The position numbers and the translations under genes were made by a program. Below are positions 1 through 8,547 of a stretch of 64,000 nucleotides of DNA, in pieces. The notes beneath the pieces were generated by a model. That model did no database searches. It was not told the DNA's origin and worked only from the letters and a program-made list of their open reading frames with translations. Origin of the DNA: Granulicella sp. GTDB lineage: Bacteria > Acidobacteriota > Terriglobia > Terriglobales > Acidobacteriaceae. The stretch is taken from contig DAHWNL010000053.1 in the NCBI GenBank assembly GCA_027339965.1, forward strand, positions 1-64,000, read 5' to 3'. How positions within the stretch are numbered: position 1 is the first letter of the stretch; each line of letters begins with the position of its first letter.

Positions 1-191
1 AGGATGGTTCGGCGCTGGATGACGTCGGCGCTCCTCCGGAGCGAGCAGCATTTCAACAAGATCATGGGCCATCGCGATCTCTGGGCCCTGGGAGCGATCC
101 TCAACCCCTCTGCGACCGCCAGCCAAAAGACGGCGTAGTAACATCAACCTATCCGCGGCCCGCAACTTTCAACTACGCGCGGGACATCCTC
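1..191 (+). mobile_element. 3' end of an IS256-family insertion sequence (transposase C-terminus 1-138, right end ~163-191)
   Basis: Frame 1 reads RMVRRWMTSALLRSEQHFNKIMGHRDLWAL...* (stop 136-138), resembling the IS256 C-terminal RW..ALL..E..F..I.G..DL pattern. It is followed by CAACTTTCAACTACGCGCGGGACATCCTC, an IS256-like terminal repeat. Confidence 0.7.
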
Positions 192-980
192 TGGCAGTTT
201 CTTTGGCCGCCTTGGGGCGCTGTTCTGTGCCGTTGTTTTCCTGGACATTCTCAGGCACCGATCTTGATGGTCGCCGTCTTCCGCAGCCACCCCTCGGCGT
301 GACGCTCATTCACTACCTTGGAGCCTGTTCGCTCACCGCTTATGCTCTCCGCTCGGCTCGGACGACTTTCATCCTTTGCCTTTGCCAAGGCGGCGAATCG
401 CGGGGAGGATCTGGTAGATGCGCCTGGGAGTGGCAGAATCCGCGCAGACGCGCTCGGAGAGGCTCACCATGGCGATCCTTGGCCCCCCGGGCGTGTTCTC
501 ATCCTGTGATGGTGATACAGATTTCGTATCACATTGTGTTTATTGCGGATAAATAGCCTATTTTTGGCTGTGTAGGAACTGTGCAGGCGAATTGTGGCGC
601 ATCTTCAAGTTGATAGTGCAACAAGGCTTTGAGTTGAACGATTCTTCACTGTTTGAAAGGCGTTGTACCAGCGCCTCTGACCTGCTTCGACCAGCCGCTT
701 TGCCATTCCGACTCGGTGAGTTTCGCATACCGTAATCCAGATAAGAACCAGAATAATCGCTCCGAAATGGATTGAGAAAACGCATCGGTTTCCAAGCCGC
801 TGAACCGTTCTCGAACCGGCCCCGGACGCAAGCCGGAGAGTCCGCAAACATACCTCGAACAACTTCGGATCGTGATCGGGTTGGGTTCGATTTCCGTTCG
901 ATGACGGGCTGGTGTATAGCCCGCCTTGCGCTTGGCCGCAAGGGATGGTGTCTGCCCCTCCAACCTTCCATGCGAGACTC

Positions 981-1289
981 CTAACGGGCTCTGAGAATGG
1001 CGGCCATCACGCGCGGATTGCGGCGGCCATGAAGAACGGCGACAACCCATAACGGCTTTTCAGCGGGCGCATACGCAATCAGGTATTCGCGTACCACAAG
1101 GAAGCGCAACGGCCGGGTAGTGAGGTCCAGGCGTCTGTGGCCCAGGGCGGGGAAAGAAGCCAGTTCACGAACAGCAGCCAAGATTTCCGCAATCACACGG
1201 TCGGCTGCATCAAGGTTATCGAGCGCGATGTATTCCCAAATCTCGTCAAGGTCTCGAAGGGCTTCCGGGTGAAAATCGTAACCCGTCAT
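981..1289 (-). CDS. ParE/RelE-family type II toxin
   Basis: 102 aa: FHPEALRDLDEIWEYIALDNLDAADRV...LASFPALGHRR...YLIAY...VVAVLHGRRN, the ParE pattern. Confidence 0.9.
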   Translation of the reverse strand: MTGYDFHPEALRDLDEIWEYIALDNLDAADRVIAEILAAVRELASFPALGHRRLDLTTRPLRFLVVREYLIAYAPAEKPLWVVAVLHGRRNPRVMAAILRAR

Positions 1290-1534
1290 TGGACGCGGCG
1301 GGCGGCGCTTTTTTGACGAAAATGGGCCTCCACCTCGTCGCCGGAGATAAGCTGCACCCTTCCGCTTTTCAGGTCGTCATAACGACTGTCGAGCATGACG
1401 CGCACCTGGGCGACTTCATCGAGGTATCCGGCCATCGCGTCCTCAACGAGGTCGTCAGCCCTGCGCCCGCTTTGCGTGGCAAGGGCGGTGAGCTTCTTTT
1501 CCGTTTCAGGAGTGAACTGCACTTCCATAGCCAT
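1286..1534 (-). CDS. Antitoxin (ParD/RHH-like) cognate to the ParE toxin
   Basis: Short gene overlapping the toxin start by 4 nt (ATGA); N-terminal RHH-like EVQFTPETEKKLTALATQSGR and C-terminal DDLKSGRVQLISGDEV. Confidence 0.8.
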   Translation of the reverse strand: MAMEVQFTPETEKKLTALATQSGRRADDLVEDAMAGYLDEVAQVRVMLDSRYDDLKSGRVQLISGDEVEAHFRQKSAARRVQ

Positions 1535-1597
1535 CAGCCTACGCCCAAGCCGGCTCCGGCTCAAGTCCTGAAAATTTCGGCGGTGCAGCGTGCTTGC

Positions 1598-1828
1598 TCA
1601 ACCCTTGCGTCCGAGGTGGCGCACGAACAGTTCCCGCGACAGCCGCTCGCCTTCTTCCGTCAGCACCACCGACTTGGCTTTGCTTTTCGGGTCAGAGATA
1701 TAGCCTCTGGTGTGCAGCCGGTCCAGCGCATCCCAGTCGTGCGACTTCCACGCACGGCCCTGGCCGGTCTGCGACAGCCACAACAGCGCCAGCACCATCT
1801 CGTCCACCTTGTCGCGGTCGTAGTCCAT
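1598..1828 (-). CDS. DUF6429-like small protein
   Basis: MDYDRDKVDEMVLALLWL...RAWKSHDWDALDRLH..GYISDPKSKAKSVVLTEEG matches the family signature as recalled. Confidence 0.75.
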   Translation of the reverse strand: MDYDRDKVDEMVLALLWLSQTGQGRAWKSHDWDALDRLHTRGYISDPKSKAKSVVLTEEGERLSRELFVRHLGRKG

Positions 1829-1878
1829 GACACCGGCTTCCTGCGCGGATATTACACCGGATCGCCGCCGTCGACCTA

Positions 1879-2707
1879 TGGCGTGTCATCAAACTGTGTA
1901 TATGCGTGAGTCTGTATCGCGTTTAAGTTGAAGTAGATGAGTACGCGGCGCTATGGATTGCGGGATGATCAGTGGGATCGGATCAAGGATTTGCTGCCCG
2001 GACGTGCGGGGAGCGAAGGTCGTCCGGCGCGGAATAACCGGTTGTTTGTGGAAGCCGTTCTGTACCGCTACCGGGCCGGGATCCCGTGGCGCGATCTTCC
2101 CGAGCGTTTCGGGGACTTCCGTGTGGTGCATACGCGTTTCAGCCGCTGGGCGCGTCGCGGCATCTGGCAGCAGGTGCTTGCCCATCTGGCCCAGGACGCG
2201 GATAACGAATACGCCATGATTGATTCGACCATCGTGCGCGCCCACCAGCACTCGGCTGGAGCGCGCAAAAAGTGGGCGAGCAAGCCCTCGGGCGCAGCCG
2301 CGGCGGTCTCGGCACGAAAATCCATGTAATGGTCGATGCGCTGGGTAATCCCACTGCACTGCACCTGACCGGCGGCCAATGCAGTGACGTGGAAGGCGCG
2401 GATGTGCTGCTGGAGCGGGTTGCGGCCAGAACCGTGATCGCCGACAAGGGCTACGACGCGGATACGCGCGTTTTCGACCGGCTGGAAAAAGCGGGGAAAA
2501 CTGCGGTAATCCCGCCGCGCACGCATCGCCGCGTGCCACGCGACTATGACCGCCATCTCTATAGATCTCGGCACCTGATTGAAAACTTCTTTGCTCACCT
2601 CAAGCAGTTCCGCGCCATCGCCACACGCTATGACAAAACTAAACAGAACTTCCTCGCCGCCGTCTACTTCGCCGCCGTGCTCATTTGGTTCGTTTGATGA
2701 CACTCCC
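1879..2707 (+). mobile_element. IS5-family element (IS427-like), apparently complete
   Basis: Terminal inverted repeats with a perfect 12-bp core GTGTCATCAAAC (1883-1894) / GTTTGATGACAC (2692-2703); TA on both flanks (1877-78, 2708-09). Confidence 0.9.
1937..2697 (+). CDS. IS5-family DDE transposase in two ORFs joined by a probable -1 frameshift
   Basis: orfA 1937-2329 (GIPWRDLPERFG, IDSTIVRAHQHSAG) and orfB 2272-2697 (GRSRGGLGTKIH, ADKGYD, RHLIENFF..LKQFR.IATRYDK) overlap in the -1 frame at AAAAAG 2267-2272. Confidence 0.88.
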
Positions 2708-3145
2708 TAGTCATGGGTAACATGAGAAAAAGACATTTTTCTCATAGCTGCAAAACAGCCGCAGCGAGGATGGCGGTCAAGGGCGGGCGTTCTTTGCCCG
2801 TCGCGTAGCGAGCGAAGCCCCTTGATGGTCACCGCAGCGGAGGCTACGTGGCCACAGCCGCGCCGGGATGCTAGTCCCAACCTCGATCTTTTGTTTTCAA
2901 TACGTTTACGCACGGCAACCCCGGAGTTGCCGCACAGGAGCCGCGAACCACGCATTTCTCAATTCGCTGCTTTCTTTTCAATAGGTTTACCTGCGTAAAC
3001 ACGTAAACGCCTGATTTTTGCCGATTATGTCGTGTATCTCATTGGCGCTGCTCACGTTCACCGCAGAGCAACCACAGGTTGCTCCACAGCAACCCGCCGG
3101 GGGTGAACCTATGAAAGCGCGACTTGCGCCTCATAGGAGAGCACC

Positions 3146-4189
3146 ATGCCAGCAGTGATCGGATGCGACGCCCCCAAGCAGTTCTCAGTCTTTGTGACCA
3201 TCGACAGCAAGGGCAAGACCTCGCCCGCTGTCCGGGTCGAGCATTACCGCCAGAAGTACATCGACTTTCTGCACACACTGCCGCCCGGCAGCGAGATCGC
3301 GCTTGAAGCCACTGGCCACTGGTACTGGATGGCGGATGAGATGGAGAAGGCCGGCCACCGTCCTCATCTGGCCAACCCGACAGAAGCCAAGAAGCGGATG
3401 GGCAAGACCAACAAGACCGACGCGCTCGACGCCAAAGGCCTCGCCATCCTGCTGCACAACGGGACGCTGCCGGAGAGCTGGATTCCGCCCGGCGAGCTGC
3501 GTGACCGCCGCGAGCTGCTGCGCACCCGCATGGCCTTGCGCGATCTGCGCTCGTCGCTCAAGCACCGCATCCATGCCTCCATCGACCGCTACGGCCTCCA
3601 GGCCACCGGCATCAGCGACCTATTCGGGGTCAAGGGCCGCGTCTACATCGACACGGTGCTCGATCGCCTCCCATGCGACACGGCGGCGATGATTCAGGTG
3701 CAGCTTACCTCCCTCGACCAACTCGAAGCACAGATCGAAGAGATTGAAGACCGCATCGCCGTCGCCCTCAAGCCCTCGCCAGAGGTGCGTTTGCTAAGAA
3801 CGATCCCCGGCGTAGGAGAGATCCTGGCACCACTCGTCTGGCTGGAGATCGGCGACATAGACCGCTTCCCCAGAGCTGAGAACCTGGCCGGTTATGCGGG
3901 GCTTGTACCCAGCATCTTTGCCAGCGGGGGACGCATCCGGCATGGAAGCACCTGCCGCAACATCAACCACTATCTCAAGTGGGGGTTCGTCGAAGCCGCC
4001 ACCTGCGCCATCCGGATCAAGGCCTATCGCGGCACCCATATCGAACGCCTTTATCAACGGCTTGCTCCCGCCAAAGGGCATGGACGAGCCATCGTCGCCG
4101 TCGCCCGACACCTCGCCGAAGCCAGCTATTGGGTGCTGCGCAAGGGCCAGCCCTACAAATCTCCAGGCCCCCGCACGGCGCAGGCATGA
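3146..4189 (+). CDS. IS110-family DEDD transposase/recombinase
   Basis: RuvC-like DEDD motifs (IGCD, LEATG, KTDALDA) and C-terminal TIPGVG...YAGLVPSIFASGG; GGAG SD upstream. Confidence 0.95.
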   Translation: MPAVIGCDAPKQFSVFVTIDSKGKTSPAVRVEHYRQKYIDFLHTLPPGSEIALEATGHWYWMADEMEKAGHRPHLANPTEAKKRMGKTNKTDALDAKGLAILLHNGTLPESWIPPGELRDRRELLRTRMALRDLRSSLKHRIHASIDRYGLQATGISDLFGVKGRVYIDTVLDRLPCDTAAMIQVQLTSLDQLEAQIEEIEDRIAVALKPSPEVRLLRTIPGVGEILAPLVWLEIGDIDRFPRAENLAGYAGLVPSIFASGGRIRHGSTCRNINHYLKWGFVEAATCAIRIKAYRGTHIERLYQRLAPAKGHGRAIVAVARHLAEASYWVLRKGQPYKSPGPRTAQA

Positions 4190-4470
4190 ACCGAGTTCGT
4201 CCAGTTCGGCTAAACGCGAGACACGTCTGACCAGCTACACAGGTCTCGGGGTGAATGCGGCAGCCGATTCAGCACAGGCTCATGCCGGAAGCCACGGCGA
4301 ATACATGGTTCACGACGAAACCATACAGCGAGCTGACCGAGGACGAAGGCCAACAACGACAGAAGGGAGAAGCAAGAAGACGATACCCCAACCAGCCGTG
4401 CCCACCACGGCCTCGCAAAACCGCGCGGCTAAGAGAAAAACAACAGAAAAAACAATTCCCTTGACAACAT
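4190..4470 (+). ncRNA. Putative bridge/seek RNA region of the IS1111-type element
   Basis: Stem TCGGCT(4206-11)/AGCCGA(4262-67) and inner stem GACC/GGTC enclose an internal loop. Its sides carry GACACGTC (4220-27) and GGGGTGA (4248-54), which match the two halves of the reconstructed target. Confidence 0.7.
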
Positions 4471-4597
4471 GCGCTTTCATATATGACGTGTCACCCTCCA
4501 TCCGCTGCCATAGGCAGCGCCCTTTTCAGAACTTCGGTGACGGCACATTTCTCGACTACCGAATGCCTCTAGCGACGGGCCGAATGAACCGTCGCAC

Positions 4598-4669
4598 ATG
4601 GAAACAGCCGCCCTGCTGGTCAGCATCGCCCAGCTCATCGTCGCCGTCATCGCACTCCGCCGCAAGTAG
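4598..4669 (+). CDS. 23-aa hydrophobic peptide, type I toxin-like
   Basis: METAALLVSIAQLIVAVIALRRK*: one TM helix with a basic tail; preceded by hairpin GCGACGG..CCGTCGC (4572-4595) and followed by hairpin CACAGGCC/GGCCTGTG (4702-4727). Confidence 0.5.
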   Translation: METAALLVSIAQLIVAVIALRRK

Positions 4670-4748
4670 CCAGGAGCATCAACCCGCCACCTCAGACGCA
4701 ACACAGGCCACCTCGCGGCGGCCTGTGGGACGGTTTCTAGGGCTACTC

Positions 4749-5111
4749 CTATGGACTGACTGCTAGGCCCGCCAAGTACCACGTGACAACAGCCAGCAGA
4801 CCGGCCCCCAGCAGGAGAAGCCGGGACAGACGCCTTCCGAAGAGCGCCAGAACTACAGCCAACACTCCCAAGCCGAGCATCCAGAACACAGGATAGAGGC
4901 GGTCAAGATCGACCGGCGTCGATCCGTGCGCAACTCGATAGGCGTGCAGCAAGAAGACGAGGAGCACCGCCGTGCTCACCGCGCATCCTGCTGCCCCGAG
5001 CAAGAACATCCACCTTCGCATGACGGTGAGGATTTGACCTTCTCCCCGGAAGCGCACGCCTGCCGCTACTAAAAGGACCAGGGATGCTATCGCCATCAGC
5101 ATTAGAAGCAT
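4749..5111 (-). CDS. Putative Rhs immunity protein (4 TM membrane protein)
   Basis: 120 aa hydrophobic ORF whose start overlaps the Rhs-CT stop, the canonical toxin-immunity position. Confidence 0.6.
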   Translation of the reverse strand: MLLMLMAIASLVLLVAAGVRFRGEGQILTVMRRWMFLLGAAGCAVSTAVLLVFLLHAYRVAHGSTPVDLDRLYPVFWMLGLGVLAVVLALFGRRLSRLLLLGAGLLAVVTWYLAGLAVSP

Positions 5112-6133
5112 GTTCCACCCGTCACAGCACAGTTCAGGTGGAGCGGGCCGGTTCCATTATCGATGTGGAAACGAGGAACCTCTGTGCCAGAACTGGGCAC
5201 CGGGAAGTGAGGAGAAGGTCCGTAGTCGAACAAGACCGGATGATCTCCTGTGCTATAGCGCATGTTGTGGTTGCCTTGATGATACGGGTTGAAATGGTCT
5301 TCGCCCGGATACGGCCATGGCCCATTACCTCCCGCCTTCATGCTGTTGAGCGTATCCATCATCCCCTGATGTCCACTGGGACCGTTGTAGGTAGCCTCGC
5401 CCGAATCGATGACGCCATATGCTATATCGTTGCTGTCGATATGGAACGTGAACTGATTCCAACCGGTCCCTTGTCCCTGGATGTCCGCAGCAGGAGTATT
5501 GGCTATGAATATCCCTTGGCCGGTTTGCTGGTTGGATGTTCCCGTACCGGTCGTGATCTGGACGCCACTTCCATTCACAACAGCCGTATTTCCGCTCCCT
5601 GCCTGGCTAAGCGAAGCACTCGTAACGACAGTTGCGCTGAACTTCCCATTTGAATCCGTTGTGCCGGACACAAGCTGCGAAACGTTGTTGCCATTAAAGT
5701 CTTTACCGATCACCTGAGAACCGCATGTAGCGGACTGCGTTTGGCACGACTGATAGAAGTGATGGCCGGTTGGATCAGTGCGCGAGAGCGGATTGTTTCC
5801 AACGTAGCTGTAAAGATTCAACGTCTGCGGGTCTTAAAGATGACCACCCACATCATCGGGACTCATAAAGCGTCCCATCGAACTCGCATAATAGCGTGGA
5901 CCGAAATCATCTAAGCCACTCTCGCTATCCCGTTCTTTGCCGGTATAAGGGGACTCGACGCGGTTCAAGAGCAAGCCTGCTCGCAAGCCTATTGCAACCG
6001 TAGAGTTAGCTTCATTGATACCCGGATTCAGTGCAGGATTTTTACTCGCGACCCCATGACGCGGTTTTTCGCTTAGCAGCACGTTTGCCGCTAGAAGACC
6101 GTCCGGGATGTGGGTGCCGGAAGAGATCTGCAT
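5102..6133 (-). pseudogene. Orphan Rhs core/C-terminal toxin with one in-frame TAA (5834-5836)
   Basis: YTGKERDSESGLDDFGPRYYASSMGRFMSPD..GGHL*DPQTLNLYSYVGNNPLSRTDPTG is the RHS-associated core ending in DPxG; the two listed ORFs are in the same frame. Confidence 0.9.
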
Positions 6134-6316
6134 GTTTGGCTCGATTGTACGGTTTTGAGGGGCACTTAGCCGAGGGCTTTAAGAGGTCGATTAGGCCGGG
6201 GATTCCGGCTCGATACGGGCCGCGATTCGGACCTCGATTCGCTGTGCTTTCCGCTGCGCATTTGCGGAGGTTTCAGCAGCGAAGAACGGCAGCTAAGAGA
6301 AGAACATTCCACCGGC

Positions 6317-6730
6317 TTAGAGCGAGACGATCTTGAGGCCGGGGATGAGCTGGAAGTGCTTCACGTTGAGCGTGGCTACATCAAAGCCGAGATGGAGGGC
6401 GGTGGCTCCGATGGCCAGGTCCTCAAAGGCGATGGCGATGCCCTGGGCGGCTTGTTCGCCTTCGATCTTTCCGGCAAGCTGCGCGATCTCAAGCGTAACC
6501 GGATGCACGACGATGTCCTGGAAGACGCCCTCGGCGAAGACGCGCCGACGCTCCCGGTCGGCGTCATTTCTGGCTCGGTAGATGCCGTGCGTCAGTTCGA
6601 CGACGCTCACCGTGGACAGCGCGATGTCGATCTCGCCATGCAAGGCGCGAACCCGGCGCAGGATGTCCTCGACGGACTCTCTACGGCGTTCGCTTGCGAT
6701 CAGGATGCCGGTGTCTAAGATCAGGCCCAC
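6317..6730 (-). CDS. vapC: VapC/PIN-domain toxin
   Basis: GTG start, MGLILDTGILI...VSVVEL..G...EDLAIGATAL...TLNVKHF..IPGL: PIN acidic residues present. Confidence 0.9.
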   Translation of the reverse strand: MGLILDTGILIASERRRESVEDILRRVRALHGEIDIALSTVSVVELTHGIYRARNDADRERRRVFAEGVFQDIVVHPVTLEIAQLAGKIEGEQAAQGIAIAFEDLAIGATALHLGFDVATLNVKHFQLIPGLKIVSL

Positions 6731-6734
6731 AGGA

Positions 6735-7025
6735 TCAGTCCCATGCGGAGGTGTCGCGCGGCTTGCGATTGCGGACGATCTCTTCCATGTCGGCGGCGAA
6801 CGCCTCATCCATGACCGGCTCATAGCCCAGCTCTTTCGAGCGGGCCTCGGCCAGCGCGATGGACTCGGAGATGGACCGGCGTGGCGGACCAGCAGCACGC
6901 AGCACGGCCACAGGCTGAACACCGGACTCGATGACGACCTCGGCCCCTGCCCGTACGCGGGCCATCAGCCCCGCGAAGTCGCGGGCCGCATCGGCTTCCG
7001 AGATGTGGATCACCGCCATATTCAC
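6735..7025 (-). CDS. Phd/YefM-like antitoxin
   Basis: IHISEADAARDFAGLMARVRAGAEVVIESGVQPVAVL is a Phd-type N-terminus; lies directly upstream of the PIN gene. Confidence 0.85.
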   Translation of the reverse strand: MNMAVIHISEADAARDFAGLMARVRAGAEVVIESGVQPVAVLRAAGPPRRSISESIALAEARSKELGYEPVMDEAFAADMEEIVRNRKPRDTSAWD

Positions 7026-7149
7026 GATGATACCTCCAGTTTTTCGCTTGGCTGCCGCCTTTCTCTAAAACTCTGTCCAGCAGTTTCTTCGCTCTGCGGG
7101 TCTTTTTTGCCGTGCAGGGACATATACGTCGGATGTATATCTGGCTCTC

Positions 7150-7557
7150 TTACCCGCCGTCGTCCTCATCCTCGGCCTCCAGAGCAGCGTGCAGGTCTTC
7201 CCGCTCGGCGGCGGAACGCTCCGCCGCTGTGGGCATGGCATGGGCCTCCGCCGCGTGCGTGGCCATCGTGTGGCGGAACAATTGACAGGCTCCGCTCTTG
7301 CCGAGCTGCGCCGCGTCGATCCGTTCCTTGACGGCATAGGTCAGATGATCGCGGCTGAACGGCTCGCCCCGGGGTCGTAAGGAACACCGTGAAGTCGTCC
7401 GGCTCGACGGCAAGCTATCGTAGAGCTTCAGCCGCACGATCTCCAGCCGCCGCATCCCGGTCGAGTACAGCATCTCCAGCAACGCGCGATCGCGCAAGCC
7501 GATCGGCTTCTCGATCTCGCACAGCACCGAAAAAGAGGGCCAGTTGAACTTTCGCAC
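7150..7557 (-). pseudogene. Tyrosine recombinase (XerC/D-like) remnant, 5'-truncated with two internal deletions
   Basis: GLRDRALLEMLYSTGMRRLEI..LKLYD (box I), out-of-frame LAVEPDDFTVFLT, and GACQLFRHTMAT (box II, HxxR degenerate); the GKG.K.R and LGH...T..Y segments are missing. Confidence 0.85.
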
Positions 7558-7667
7558 CCTCTTGGCCTAGAATGAGAGGAGCAGGCGAATTTGTTCTGCC
7601 GCTGAACGCTGCCGTCCGGCAAACGGTCGGCATCCGTGAACGCACCGGAGGGGTGGCGGAGGAAAGG

Positions 7668-7690
7668 AGTGGGCGAGAGCCCACTTTTTG
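7668..7690 (+). promoter_or_regulatory. rimP-leader hairpin / attenuator-like terminator
   Basis: AGTGGGC-GAGA-GCCCACT followed by a T-run, ~90 bp upstream of rimP. Confidence 0.7.
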
Positions 7691-7777
7691 TTTGCTTCAA
7701 ATTCTGCTCTGAAGACTCGCTTGGAAGGCAGACGGCAGGAGGGCCGGCCGTTTGAGCGGGCGCTTGCCGGAGGTGTT

Positions 7778-8395
7778 ATGGCCTTGCAGATGGAGACAAT
7801 TCGAGCAACGGCTGACCGCATTGCGGCTTCGCATCAGCTTGAGATTGTGGAGCTTGAGTTTACCGGAGGGTCCAAGCACCGGAGCCTGCGCGTCTTTGTG
7901 GAGAAGAACGAGGTGGCGCGTGCCCAAATGGCTGCCCAAATGGCCGAACAGATGGCCGAACCGATCTCCGAAAAGGGGAAAGGTGGTTCCGGCGCCGGGG
8001 TCTTCCCGCGAGTCCCGGTTGAAACGCTCTCCGGCATCTCCCATGAAGACTGCGCCAACTTTGCCCGCGACTTTGGGACCGTGCTGGACGTGGAGGATCT
8101 GATTCCAGGCGCCGAGTACACGCTGGAGGTCAGCTCGCCGGGACTGGAGCGCAAGCTGCTCAAGCCGGCGGATTATCAGCGCTTTCAAGGCAGTCTGGCC
8201 AAGGTGCAGACCTTTACCCCGGTGGCAAACAACCGCCACTTCACCGGCCGGCTGATCGCCTTTGATGGAGCCGCCTTTACCCTTGACCTCTCCGCCGCCA
8301 GGCAAAAGGGCAAGGCAGGCAAAGCGCCTTCTGTCCAGATGGTTGCTATCTCGCTGGAGAATGTGGAAAGGGCGCATCTAGTGGCGGAAGTATAG
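7778..8395 (+). CDS. rimP: Ribosome maturation factor RimP
   Basis: LEIVELEF, LRVFVEK, ISHEDC, LDVEDLIPG.EYTLEVSSPGLERKL; upstream of nusA; GGAGG SD. Confidence 0.95.
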   Translation: MALQMETIRATADRIAASHQLEIVELEFTGGSKHRSLRVFVEKNEVARAQMAAQMAEQMAEPISEKGKGGSGAGVFPRVPVETLSGISHEDCANFARDFGTVLDVEDLIPGAEYTLEVSSPGLERKLLKPADYQRFQGSLAKVQTFTPVANNRHFTGRLIAFDGAAFTLDLSAARQKGKAGKAPSVQMVAISLENVERAHLVAEV

Positions 8396-8547
8396 AAGTT
8401 TCAAGGGATGGTCAGCCGGGATTGGGAGAGAGAGACGGCTTCGAGGCCGGCGGGAGCCAGGGCAAGATTCGCGCTTCACAGGTTTGGATGGGCAGGACAA
8501 CATTGAACCGATCGGCAGTCAGCATCGCCGAAAAGAGAGTAAAGAAT

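Larger units (their letters stand above)
3104..4486 (+). mobile_element. IS110-family element of IS1111 type
   Basis: Perfect 11-bp sub-terminal inverted repeats TATGAAAGCGC (3110-3120) / GCGCTTTCATA (4471-4481); short 5' end and ~280 bp 3' non-coding end; TTGACA at 4461-4466 just inside the right end; TGA at both junctions. Confidence 0.88.

Noticed and set aside
192..980. Listed ORFs between IS256 and parE
   Set aside because: No recognisable motifs and conflicting frames; probably non-coding or decayed sequence.
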